A stretch of 64,000 nt of DNA, taken from an uncultured bacterium (GTDB taxonomy: Bacteria > Actinomycetota > Acidimicrobiia > Spongiisociales > UBA4744). The notes under the pieces were generated by a model, which searched no databases, had not been told where the DNA came from, and saw only the letters and a program-made list of their open reading frames with translations. The stretch spans positions 111,304 through 175,303 of the forward strand of contig CAWHCO010000001.1 in NCBI GenBank assembly GCA_963827865.1. The letters run 5' to 3'. This document shows, piece after piece, positions 48,579 to 58,848 of this stretch. How positions within the stretch are numbered: position 1 is the stretch's first letter; every line of letters begins with the position of its first letter. A program made the translations under genes and the position numbers.

Positions 48579-49538
48579 TCAGGCAAGTTCAGCGAGTGTT
48601 GCCCCCAATGCGATCGAATCATGCTGTGGCCACGTCGCACCGGCATCCACCAGGTCCCGCTCGACCAGTCGCCACCCAAGCGCTTCGACCTCGTCGACCG
48701 GATACTCGAGTCGGCGGATCGGGGCCGGAACGTCGAAGGCAGCGCCGTTCGCGACGATAACACCGGTCTTTTCGAGACCCGCGATCCCGGACAGCGCCTG
48801 GACATGACCAGGACCGTCCAGGTCGAACGTCTCGCCATCCTGGGTCGTCAGATTCGCAGCGAACACCAGCTCCGCGTTCGACGACTCGATCGCGTCGACA
48901 ACCCCTGGCACGATCAGCGCCGAAATCACCGACGTGAAGAGGCTCCCAGGACCGAGGATGATCTGGTCGGCGAACCGTATCGCGGCAACGGCATCCACGC
49001 TCGCCGTCTCGCTGTCGGGTTCAACCAGCAGTCGAGTGATCGTGCCGCGGGTCGTTGCGATCGCGACCTGGCCATCTACCCAGTCCCCGTCGATCTCGGC
49101 ACGAAGGTGCAGCGACCTCCCGGCGACCGGGATGACCGTTCCTCGAGCGCCGAGCAGCCTGCCGGCGATCCGGACCGCTGTCGGGAAGTCACCGAACACG
49201 TCCTGCATGGCAGCGAGCATCAGGTTGCCGAGTGAGTGGCCCGCTACGTCGGTCTCCATGAAACGGTATGCGAACAGTTCCCTCCACACCGAAGGTTCCG
49301 GACTCAACGCCATGAGGCACATGCGGATGTCCCCCGGCGGCGGGATCTCCATGGTGCTCGTGAGCCTGCCGGATGATCCGCCGTCGTCTGCCACGGTCAC
49401 GACCGCGGAGATGTCACCTGCGTAGAGCTGAACTGCTTCGAGAACCTGGGCGAGTCCGTGGCCGCCCCCGATCGCCACCACCCGGGGACCGTCCATATCC
49501 AGTCTCAACGGATCGAGGGCGACCTCCGGCAACGTCAT
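48579..49538 (-). CDS. yvcK: YvcK/CuvA (UPF0052) UDP-GlcNAc-binding protein
   Basis: IGGGHGL, VADDGGSSG, PPGDIR, GHSLGN, GPGSLFTS. Confidence 0.92.
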   Translation of the reverse strand: MTLPEVALDPLRLDMDGPRVVAIGGGHGLAQVLEAVQLYAGDISAVVTVADDGGSSGRLTSTMEIPPPGDIRMCLMALSPEPSVWRELFAYRFMETDVAGHSLGNLMLAAMQDVFGDFPTAVRIAGRLLGARGTVIPVAGRSLHLRAEIDGDWVDGQVAIATTRGTITRLLVEPDSETASVDAVAAIRFADQIILGPGSLFTSVISALIVPGVVDAIESSNAELVFAANLTTQDGETFDLDGPGHVQALSGIAGLEKTGVIVANGAAFDVPAPIRRLEYPVDEVEALGWRLVERDLVDAGATWPQHDSIALGATLAELA

Positions 49539-50405
49539 CGGTCGATGTCCCTGTGCCTGACCGTTGCTCGAACGTTGCGCCCGTCGAGCCACTTGGCGAG
49601 CGCCTCGGCGATGGCGACGGATCGGTGTCGCCCGCCGGTGCACCCGATTGCGATGCTCACGTACGACTTGCCCTCGTGCTGGAAGCGGGGCACCAAGAAG
49701 TCGATGAGCCCCTCGATTCGTTGGAGGAACTCTTGTGCGTCGTGATCGTCGAGCACGTACTGGCGCACTTCCGGGCTCTTGCCGGTAAGCGACCGCAGCT
49801 CCGGCACCCAGAACGGGTTGGGAAGGAACCTGACGTCGAGCAGCAGGTCCGCGTCACCGGGCGCGCCGTGCTTGAACCCGAACGACGACACGGCGATACG
49901 CATCGGGCGCTCCTTGCGTGTACCAAGGAACTCCTCTTCCAGACGGCGCCGCAGCTCATGGACGTTGGAGTCGGACGTGTCGATGACGAAGTCGGCGTCT
50001 GCTCGCAGCTCCGCCGAAATCGCGTTCGGCGGAGATCGAGTCGACGAGCGTGTCGCCGGCGACGGGGTGTGGCCGCCGGTTCTCTTCGAAGCGTCTGATC
50101 AGCACCTCGTCGGAGGCGTCGAGAAACAGCAAGGACAGCTCCACACCTTCGCGTTCCACCTGCTCGATCGCGGCCTGGATCGCGTCGACCGGATACCCGC
50201 CCCGGGCGTCGACGACGACTGCGAGGTTGTGAGGTATCGGCAGCTCGACATTGTGGCGAACGACGTCGTCGATCAGCGCCGGTGGAAGATTGTCGACCAC
50301 CAGATAGTCGAGGTCTTCGAGGGCTTTCGCCGCCGTGGATCGACCGGCACCCGACATGCCGGTCACGATCAGTACCTGTGGGCGATCCTGTGGTTCGTCA
50401 GCCAA
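49535..50405 (-). CDS. rapZ: RNase adapter/P-loop protein RapZ (YvcJ), frameshift near 50022
   Basis: TGMSGAGRS, VDNLP, ETRRPH-like ENRRPHP, SFGFKHG, DVRFLPNP, GCTGGRHRSV across two frames. Confidence 0.92.
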
Positions 50406-50870
50406 CCGTGGCCCCCTCCATGTCGAGCATCGCCTGCTTCAAGGCCGACCCACCCCGTAGGAACCTACACCACCTGACGCGGGAACGACCCGGTGGCAGG
50501 GAATGATCGGTGCGAACTTGTTTCGTGCCATTGCCTGACCCACTGCCCGTGCAGCGTTCGGGTTCCCCGCCTCCGTCGCGACTTCGCTGTAGGTCATCAC
50601 CTGACCCACCGGGATCTCGACACCACCTTGTACACACGTGCCAGGAACGGGGTCGTGCCCTGCTCGGCGAGCGCCAAGTTCGGTTTGAGGGCCGTCGGAT
50701 CACCATCGAAGTACCGGGTCAACATGCGTCCCAGTGTCTGAACCTGAGGTCGAGGGTTATAGCTGGTGGGTGTTGCCGTGGTTCACAGCCGGGAGCACGG
50801 TTTCGGTGATCTGTTCCATCTCGAACACGATCCATCCGGTACCGAAACGGGTCTCATAGGGGTACTTCAT
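50398..50870 (-). CDS. ogt: Methylated-DNA--protein-cysteine methyltransferase, three apparent frameshifts (~50780, ~50618, ~50455); not in ORF track
   Basis: Reconstructed ...IPVGQVMTYSEVA...AARAVGQAMARN...IIPCHRVV...YGGGSALKQAML; ATGA overlap with the uvrC stop. Confidence 0.8.
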
Positions 50871-52696
50871 GCCTGCTCCAGCGTGTGTAGTGCAGCATAC
50901 AGGTCCTCCGCGACACGCTGCGGTACCACGGTTGCGAGGGCCTCGACATCGGCGGAACGCATCCTCTTCAGTGACCCGAAGGCCCTGAGGAGTTGCTTCT
51001 TGCGTGTCGGGCCGATTCCGGGCACCTCGTCGAGCGTCGAGTCGATCATCGACTTGCCTCTGAGGGTCCGGTGGTAGGTGATCGCGAACCTGTGGGCCTC
51101 GTCACGGACTCGCTGCAGCAGGTGGAGTGCCGCTTCGTCGCGAGGGATGCGGACAGGGTCGGCGACGCCCGGCAGGTACACCTCCTCCATCTTCTTGGCG
51201 AGCCCGGCTGCCGGAATGTCGAGGTCGAGTTCTCCGAGGACTTTGACGGCGCGGGCGAGCTGTCCCGCTCCCCCGTCGATGAGCACCAGCGACGGCGGGT
51301 AGGAGAACTTCCCACGTTCTTCGACCGGACGATCGCGTTCGGCGAGGTACGCCTCGAAGCGACGCCGGAGCACCTCCTCCATCGACGCGAAGTCGTCCTG
51401 CCCCTCGACGGTCTTCACCTTGAAGCGCCGGTAGGCGGACCGCTTCGGAAGGCCGTCCTCGAGCACGACCATCGATCCCACCGTGTTGGTTCCTTGAATC
51501 GTGGAGATGTCGTATGCCTCGATCCGCAAAGGCGCGTCCGGCAGATCCAGTGCGTCCTGGAGGCTGCGCAGAGCCCTGGCTCTGGCGTTGTGGTCGCTCT
51601 GCCGACGTAGCCGGTGCCGGGCAAACGCGTCCGCCGCGTTCGTGTGGGCCGTCTCCATCAGCCTGCGTTTGGTGCCCCGCTTCGGGACCCTCAACGAGAC
51701 AGTGGCGCTTCGCCGCTCCGACAGCCACGCCTCCCACACCTCCTGGTCGGGTGGCATCTCCTGGACGAGCACCAGTCTCGGGGGTGTTTCGTCCCCGTAC
51801 AGCTCCCGGAGCATCTGTCCGATGAGTTCGGGATTGTCGAGTGGTTCCACCTTGTCGACGATCGTGCCGAGCCGTCCGACAACCCTGCCGCGGCGCACTC
51901 GCAACACCTGGAGTGAAGCTTCGAGGTCGTCCTCATCAACGGCGATCAGATCGAAGTTCTCCGGCCGGTCGGTCACGACCTCTTGCCTGGCGAGTGCCTT
52001 CTCAACGTCCGAGAGCCGGTCCCGGTAGCGTGCGGCGAGTTCATACTCGAGCAATTCGGAGGCCTCGACCATCTGGGTGCGGAGCTTTCGCACGACCTGG
52101 TCGGTGTTGCCGTTGAGGAACCCGGCAAGCCCGTCGACCATCTCGTCGTATGCCTCACGACCGACCGCGCCGATGCATGGCCCCGAGCACTTCTCGATGT
52201 GGAACAGGAGGCATGGCCTGCCCATCGCCTGCTGGCGCCGGAACAGGCCGTCGGAGCAGGTGCGAATCGGGAATGCCTTCAACAACAGGTCGAGGGTTGA
52301 GCGGATGGCGTAGGCGTGAGCGAACGGACCGAAGTACTGCGTGCCTTTGCGGCGGGCACCTCGCATCACCCTGGCTCGTGGCCACTGGCCGCGCCGTGTG
52401 ATCGCCAGGTATGGGTAGGACTTGTCGTCGCGGAGCTTGATGTTGTAACGGGGCCGGTGTTTCTTGATCAGCGAGTACTCGAGCATCACCGCTTCGACCT
52501 CGTTGGCGGTGACGATCCACTCGACCGTTTCGGCCTCGTCGACCTTCCCCGCGCCAGGACCGACCTGATTGAAGTGGTTGACGACCCTCTTGCGCAGCGA
52601 CTTGGCCTTGCCGACATACAGGACTTCCCCGTGCGGGTCCCTGAACAGGTAGGCGCCCGGAAGGTCGGGGATCTCCGATGGCGTGGGGCGCTGCAT
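50867..52696 (-). CDS. uvrC: Excinuclease ABC subunit C
   Basis: GIY-YIG (YVGKAKSLR), YNIKLRDDKSYPY, IEAYDIS, DGGAGQ, RDEAHRFA, HhH. Confidence 0.97.
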   Translation of the reverse strand: MQRPTPSEIPDLPGAYLFRDPHGEVLYVGKAKSLRKRVVNHFNQVGPGAGKVDEAETVEWIVTANEVEAVMLEYSLIKKHRPRYNIKLRDDKSYPYLAITRRGQWPRARVMRGARRKGTQYFGPFAHAYAIRSTLDLLLKAFPIRTCSDGLFRRQQAMGRPCLLFHIEKCSGPCIGAVGREAYDEMVDGLAGFLNGNTDQVVRKLRTQMVEASELLEYELAARYRDRLSDVEKALARQEVVTDRPENFDLIAVDEDDLEASLQVLRVRRGRVVGRLGTIVDKVEPLDNPELIGQMLRELYGDETPPRLVLVQEMPPDQEVWEAWLSERRSATVSLRVPKRGTKRRLMETAHTNAADAFARHRLRRQSDHNARARALRSLQDALDLPDAPLRIEAYDISTIQGTNTVGSMVVLEDGLPKRSAYRRFKVKTVEGQDDFASMEEVLRRRFEAYLAERDRPVEERGKFSYPPSLVLIDGGAGQLARAVKVLGELDLDIPAAGLAKKMEEVYLPGVADPVRIPRDEAALHLLQRVRDEAHRFAITYHRTLRGKSMIDSTLDEVPGIGPTRKKQLLRAFGSLKRMRSADVEALATVVPQRVAEDLYAALHTLEQA

Positions 52697-52940
52697 GTCT
52701 CCATGGTATCGGTGGGGGTATCTACCGCAGCCGGCATCCAGTCAGACCATCGGGATGATCGCTCGGCCGACGACGGAGGCGTCTTCTGCCGGGTCGCCCG
52801 GCAGAAGACGGCGATCACCGAGGCGGCGATGGACACCCGCAGTGGTCTAGTGCTTGATCCACCACGCGGCGAGCAGCATCCCGATTGCGGGGCCTCTGGA
52901 AGCAGATGAGAATGATCGACCCCGCTCGCATTGGGACTGG

Positions 52941-54164
52941 ATGAAGGAACTGACGAGACCACGCGCCTTGTGGATCACTGGCATCAGCGTTTTGAGTGTC
53001 GGTTTCGCTCGCGTCGCTCTGTTTTGGTACGAACTGCTATCAACAGTGTTCAAGGCTCTCCGGACTGGCGACCTGGTGATTCCCCCGGACTTCGGAATCA
53101 TGTTCACCGCCGGCAAGATCGTCTTGCTCGACAGGTGGTCCGACGTCTACGACATCCGGAGATTCGCTGGGATTCACTCGGCCCTAGTAGGAACACCGAT
53201 TGACGCCGGTGGGGCCGCATTTTCGTATCCGCCGCCAACAGGACTCGCACTCTCTCTCATCTCAAGGCTGGACCTTCACGCCGCCGTCGTGGTGTGGCTG
53301 CTCATATCCGTGTTCAGTCTTACGGTAGGAGTTCGAATCGCGACCGGTAAGTGGACGCTCCTCCCCCTCGTGCTACTCACCGTACCCGGGTACCTTGCCC
53401 TGCAACTGGGTCAGAACACGCCGGTCTCGTTGCTGATCCTTGCCCTAGCCGCCGCGGCGATGAAGAAGGGTCGCCCTATGCTCGCCGGTGCCCTCCTCGG
53501 CTTGCTGGTACTCAAGCCGCAGCTCGCCCTCGGATTCATCCTGTGGTGGTTGGCTGCTCCCAGGCTCCGATCTCGAGAAGCTACGGCGGCAGCCGTGACC
53601 GGGGGAGGACTCCTGGTTGCTTCGGCGATTGCTGCACCGCAGGGGTGGCTGGTCTACTTTCGTTCGCTCGGAGAGCTGGTCAACCCGCCTGGCATGATTC
53701 CTGCAGGATCCTTCAGCCTCGCTGACTTCCTCAGGTTCCTGCTGGGCCAAGGGTCGCTCGCGACCGTTCTCACGATCGTCGGCACCGTGGCTCTGGGCAT
53801 CACACTCGTTCTCGCATTCAGGCACCACCGCAGCGATCCCCTACTGGGATTCGCACTCGCTGTAGTGGCGTCGACACTCCTTTCCCCCCACATGGTGTCG
53901 TATGACTGCCTCCTTCTGCTGGTGCCGGGCGCCATTCTCTGGCAACGGCTGCCGGAGCTGAGGCCGGAACTAGCCATCTCCGCGGCCGCTCTCAACACCG
54001 CTGCTCTGATCTCAGCCGAAATCGTTCTGCGGTCTCTTCCTAGCCGGGGTTGGGCCCTATCGCCCGCCTTCCCGGTCCTGCTCGCAGTAGCCACTTGGCT
54101 CATCCTGAGGACACGAAAACTCTCTCCCTTTCGAGCAATCCAAGCGCCTTTACATAACTCGTGA
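52941..54164 (+). CDS. GT87/DUF2029 family integral membrane glycosyltransferase (GT-C)
   Basis: PPDF, FSYPPP, LGQNT, KPQLA, YD motifs with ~10 TMs; start uncertain (52854 or 52941). Confidence 0.82.
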   Translation: MKELTRPRALWITGISVLSVGFARVALFWYELLSTVFKALRTGDLVIPPDFGIMFTAGKIVLLDRWSDVYDIRRFAGIHSALVGTPIDAGGAAFSYPPPTGLALSLISRLDLHAAVVVWLLISVFSLTVGVRIATGKWTLLPLVLLTVPGYLALQLGQNTPVSLLILALAAAAMKKGRPMLAGALLGLLVLKPQLALGFILWWLAAPRLRSREATAAAVTGGGLLVASAIAAPQGWLVYFRSLGELVNPPGMIPAGSFSLADFLRFLLGQGSLATVLTIVGTVALGITLVLAFRHHRSDPLLGFALAVVASTLLSPHMVSYDCLLLLVPGAILWQRLPELRPELAISAAALNTAALISAEIVLRSLPSRGWALSPAFPVLLAVATWLILRTRKLSPFRAIQAPLHNS

Positions 54165-54179
54165 TCGCGATTTCGCGGT

Positions 54180-54854
54180 CTACCGCGTGACCCATCGGGC
54201 GGCGAGCAGGCGGGGTACTTCGTCCTGGCTGACCGTCCCGGACTGTTCTATGGCCCGTTCGATCATGCGCTCGAGTGTCCAGCCTGCATCAGCGGCAATG
54301 TTCAAGAGCTCGGCCAATGGTCGCTGGTAGAACGTGATGTCGGTCTCCCCCGCCGGTTCGATGATCCTTCCGCCGGACAGGTACCGGCCCCACCGCCAGA
54401 ACACCTCACCGTCGTCGGGATCGACGACCGGACCGGACGCGGGTGCAGCGAACACTGGATGATTGATGACGATCGCAAGTACTCCTCCTGGTCGAACGAC
54501 CCGGTGTGCCTCCCTGAACAGGGTCGCCGCATCGTTGAGGTGTTCGATCACGAGTGATGCATAGGCGCCGTCGCACGCCACGTCCCGCAGCCACGACAGC
54601 TCGGGCAACTCGCAGCGCACAACCGGCCCGACCTTGTGGGCGATCGGGAGAAGCGTTTCGTCGAGATCACAGCCGATCACTGAGATACCCATCTCGTCGA
54701 GAGCTCGCATCGTCTGCCCCTCGCCGCAGCCGAGGTCGAGATAGCTCCGTCCGGGTCGAGCGTCGAGGATCTCGACGAGGAGTGGTGTAACCACGCTCGA
54801 GTAGGAAGGATCGCGTTCGAGTTCACTGAGCCACCAGTCGGACGCCCATACCAT
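54180..54854 (-). CDS. Class I SAM-dependent methyltransferase
   Basis: YLDLGCGEG, IGCD, VVRPGG, INHP; start at ATG 54854. Confidence 0.88.
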   Translation of the reverse strand: MVWASDWWLSELERDPSYSSVVTPLLVEILDARPGRSYLDLGCGEGQTMRALDEMGISVIGCDLDETLLPIAHKVGPVVRCELPELSWLRDVACDGAYASLVIEHLNDAATLFREAHRVVRPGGVLAIVINHPVFAAPASGPVVDPDDGEVFWRWGRYLSGGRIIEPAGETDITFYQRPLAELLNIAADAGWTLERMIERAIEQSGTVSQDEVPRLLAARWVTR

Positions 54855-54882
54855 GGGTTCATGCTCGCAGATCGCTGGCAGT

Positions 54883-55140
54883 CTGCGTCGAAGCGGAGCC
54901 GGAGCCGAGCTGGCGATCTTGGCCCTCGTATCGGTCGTTGTCGCGATCACTGCCGTCATGGCTGTCCGAGATCGGCTCCTCTCGTGGCTCGCGGCTCCCT
55001 GGGTCGTGCTCTCTGTGGTGAGTGGGACAAACGTCTGGCAGTTCGGTAACAGCGCCATCCGAGTCTTCGCCCCGCTCTAGACGTTGGCGTGGTCTGCGCT
55101 GGCCCTGCTCGTCGAGTGGCCCCGTGAGAAGCGCATCGCA
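54883..55140 (+). pseudogene. 3' remnant of a fourth paralogue of the 56.5-59.9 kb membrane proteins
   Basis: LLSWLAAPWVVLS...VWQFGNSAIRVFAPL*TLAW aligns to [11 protein letters not shown]...[17 protein letters not shown] with TAG replacing Trp. Confidence 0.7.
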
Positions 55141-55180
55141 GCTCGTAGACACACACCAGGTCGTTGATCGGTGAGCCACC

Positions 55181-56390
55181 GTGGGCAACAATCACTGGAT
55201 GCGCCTGACCACACTGACCGGCTGGCTCGACCGTCTGAGCCCCGTCCGATCCGCGCTGCTGGTCATGGGCCTGCTGGCCGTCGTGTATGTGCCGACGGCA
55301 ACGTGGCATGGCGAGATCAACGTCGACGCTTCTGCGGCCGCCGCGCCCGTGTGGCAACTCGCCGCACACGGCAATGTCTATGTCGAGGATCTTCCTTCTA
55401 ACCCTTGGTATGTCGACGCCGGCGCCCACTTCGTGAGCAACCGTCCTCCTGGAATCTTCCTCTGGGCAGTGCCCTGGTATGCGCTGTTCAGAAACCCGGG
55501 CACCTTCACCGTTTGGCAGTCGACCTTGGCAGCCGTTCTCGCCTCCGTCCTCGCGATGGAGTCCTCCACCTCGTGCTCTCGAGACTGACAACCCTCAGTC
55601 GGGCGTTTTTCGGCACGCTCGTCGTGGGTCTCGGCACCGCTACGTGGGCAGTCTCTGCGGATCAGCTGTGGGCCCACGGCCCTAACGAGATGTTCGTTGC
55701 GCTCGCTGCTCTTGCCCTGGCGTCTGACCGAGCTTTCTGGAGTGGTGTCGCGCTCGGGGGAGGCATCCTGGTTCGGCCACCTGTCGCGTTCCTGGCGGCC
55801 GGTGTCGGAACGGTGAAGAGCTGGTTCGACAGATCACTTAAACCCATGCTCCTCGTTGGAGCCGGTTCGTCGATCGGGCTCGCCGCGTTACTCTGTACAA
55901 CAGGGTCTTGTACTCGCGATGGACCGTCATCGGCGGGTACCCATCCACTTTCGCTGATCGTCTCACAGACCTCTCTCTGGGCAGTTACCTGCAGAACATC
56001 CTCACGGCACTCGTCGACCCCAACAACGGATTCCTGATTTGGAGCCCCTTCCTGCTCGTGCTTGTACCTGGGCTCGTGTCCGGCTGGAAAGCCGCCCCGG
56101 CGTGGGTCAAGAGTCTTGCGATTGGCGCCGTCGTGTACCTGTTGATTCACCTTCGCCTGAACAGAGCGTCGGGCGGAATGCCGTTCGATTACCGCTATCC
56201 GCTCGCGCCACTCGTCGCACTTGCTCCCCTCTTGCTCCTTGCCTACACCACCTGGGTCGAGCCACGACCGTTCATGAAGAGACTTCTCATCGTGGCCATC
56301 CTCGTCTCCTTCCTGGCGCAGGGACTGGTGGCAACAGCTCTCCACTGCGTACCGGGCGCCGCCGGCGAGGCGATTTGCTCGTTTTTCTAG
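55181..56390 (+). CDS. GT-C-type (PMT/ArnT-like) membrane protein, frameshifts near 55559 and 55893
   Basis: INVDA first-loop motif, SNRPPG, DQLWAHGP, LVRPP, DYRYPL and multiple TMs across three frames. Confidence 0.7.
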
Positions 56391-56506
56391 TCGCTGACGC
56401 CCCGTGCTACCCCCCTGGCGAAGCTATCACGCGTGCACGTGGTTGGACTCGGTACGGAGATCTGAGGAAACCCGAGGCTCGTGGGCGGTGCGTGGGACAA
56501 TCCCCC

Positions 56507-57639
56507 ATGCCGTCCGCCCGCCGCATGCCTGCCGTCAAGGTCTGGACCGCCTGGCTGTTTGCCGGGATGGTGGCGAGCCTCTGGCTGCAATGGGCACAGG
56601 CGAGCGCAGTAGGGGGTTGGAGCGGACTGATGGCGACCAGCGCAGAATCTCGCCTGCGCCCGGTGATCGAGCAAGAGCTCGGCACTGTCACGCTGCTGCC
56701 CAGCGGCCACGACGGTCAGTTCTCGTTTGTCATAGCCATCGACCCGTTCAATCGCCAGGGGACGGCAGCCCTGTTCGACGATGCACCATACCGGTACCGG
56801 CGGATCCTGTATCCGTTGCTCGCCGGCGGTGCTGGACTTCTGCCCGGCAAGGTAACGCTGGTAGGCCTGATCCTCCTTGCCGTGTTGGGAATGGGACTCG
56901 CCACCGCCTCGACGGCCGCACTTGCGGGCAGACTCGACATCAGCCGATGGGTGGTCGCAGCGGTTCTCGCGAACCCGGGTGTCTGGCTTGGCGTTCAGCT
57001 GCTGACGTCGGACCCTCTTGCGCTGGGACTGGCCCTCACCGCCTGGTCGTCTGGTGGGACCGTCGCCTCGTGTGGGCTATACTCCTGTTTGGGCTCGCTG
57101 CACTCTCCAAGGATCAGTATCTCCTGGTTGGCCTCTCCGTTGCGGGCTGGTCCTGGTTCTGTGGTCAGCGGCGAGAGGCGTTGCCACTTGCTGTCGGCAC
57201 AGCAGCTCCGCTTGCATTGTGGCTCGCCTGGATCAGTTCCACGATGGGAAACGGAGCAACCGTGCGGGGCAATCTTGCGCTTCTGGGACTACTCGACGCC
57301 TCGCACCTGTGGAGAAACACCGTCCTATCCGACCAGATACTGACCGGCTTCGCCCTCGCCGGTGTGCTTCTTGCCATCGTCCTTCCCTGGAAGGCCGGCT
57401 CCTTGTTTCGCTGGCTCGCATGGCCGTGGGTTCTTCTCTCGCTCGTGTCCTCATCGTGGGTCTGGACCGTCGGCAACAATGCAGCCAGAGTATTCGCCTC
57501 CCTCTGGGTGTTCTCGGCGCTGTCGCTTGGCATCTGGTCTAGGTCGTGGCACACTTCCGAGACGCCTCCCCAACCGAGACAGCGAGCCACGTCACCTTCA
57601 CCACACCACAGGAGGACATCTGACGGCTCGTGGGTCTAG
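56507..57639 (+). CDS. Membrane glycopolymer-modifying protein paralogue 1 (GT-C-like), frameshift near 57040
   Basis: [40 protein letters not shown]. Confidence 0.75.
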
Positions 57640-57709
57640 GTCGAGACGAAGGTCGTCACAAGACGGACATTGGTCCGAGGTGCCCCACCGATACGTGAGA
57701 GAATGCCCC

Positions 57710-58801
57710 ATGTCTGCACCGCGGCGATCGACGAGAATCTTCCTTCTCTGGCTGGTCGTCGGCACTGCCTTCGCCGCAGGCCTACAGGCGAGGCTTGCAG
57801 ACGCGAGCGGCGGCAACTGGACCATCTTGATCGGAGTGAGCCAACACGATTGGCTACGCGCCCCCATCGAGCACGAACTAGGCGCTCTTGCGTTCACGGC
57901 CCCCCAGGGGCACGACGGCCGATACTCGTTTCTGATGGCAGGCGACCCCTTCAACCTGCACGATAGGGCGTCGTCGTTCGACCGGCCTGCGTATCGGTAC
58001 CGTCGCATCTTCTACTCGTTTCTGGCCGGGGGCGGTGGTCTCTTCAACGGCCCGGCTGCGCTGGCGGGTCTCATAGTCCTGGCGGCGCTCGGCATGGGCA
58101 TCTCAACAGCGGCCGTGGCATCGCTGGCCCATAGGCTGGGAGTCTCTCTCCTGGTGGTGCTCGGCATCCTCGCGAATCCCGGTGTTTGGCTGTCAGTTAT
58201 TGCGCTGACTCCGGATGCTCTGGCGTTGGGGCTCGCTCTCTGGGGCGTGCTGCTGTGGTGGGATCGCCGCTACACCTGGGCGGTGGTCGTCCTCGCGCTT
58301 GCCACTCTTACAAAGGAGCACTACTTGCTCTTCGCCTTTTCGCTTGCCGGCTGGGCTTGGTTTCGCCATGAAAGAAAACACGCCGTAGCCCTCGTGCTGG
58401 GCGCGACGGCACCGCTTGCACTTTGGACCGCTTGGCTACTCCGAACGATCGAACACGGGTCCCTCGCCGGAGGCAACCTCGCACTCCTCGGGATCCTGAA
58501 AGCATCACATATCTGGAACACGGTCCCGCCCACCGAACGAACCCTCGCCGTGATCACACTCATCGGCGTGATCTTCGCTGCTGTGCTTCCCATCAGAGCA
58601 GGCTCGCTGCTCCGATGGCTCACATGGCCCTGGGTGGCCCTCGCACTCACCACCTCAGGATGGGTCTGGAACCTCGGCAACAACGCCGCAAGAGTGTTCG
58701 CACCCGTTTGGGTATTCGCGATAATGTCGCTCGCGATGTGGGCCCGGCATAGCCAGACAGCGGAGCCACTTCTCAGACCCGGCGATCCAAAGCCCATCTG
58801 A
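57710..58801 (+). CDS. Membrane glycopolymer-modifying protein paralogue 2 (GT-C-like)
   Basis: [44 protein letters not shown]; resembles the AZOBR_p60025-type family (recall). Confidence 0.78.
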   Translation: MSAPRRSTRIFLLWLVVGTAFAAGLQARLADASGGNWTILIGVSQHDWLRAPIEHELGALAFTAPQGHDGRYSFLMAGDPFNLHDRASSFDRPAYRYRRIFYSFLAGGGGLFNGPAALAGLIVLAALGMGISTAAVASLAHRLGVSLLVVLGILANPGVWLSVIALTPDALALGLALWGVLLWWDRRYTWAVVVLALATLTKEHYLLFAFSLAGWAWFRHERKHAVALVLGATAPLALWTAWLLRTIEHGSLAGGNLALLGILKASHIWNTVPPTERTLAVITLIGVIFAAVLPIRAGSLLRWLTWPWVALALTTSGWVWNLGNNAARVFAPVWVFAIMSLAMWARHSQTAEPLLRPGDPKPI

Positions 58802-58848
58802 CACGAGACGGACTTGGGTCTGAGGCTGCACCGCCGATAGGTGAGAGA

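Noticed and set aside
47019-49235. Long opposite-strand ORFs (also 3202..4722, 4701..6155, 7152..8558, 29691..30716, 62333..63328)
   Set aside because: Antisense shadows of well-supported genes, expected in high-GC DNA; no motifs.
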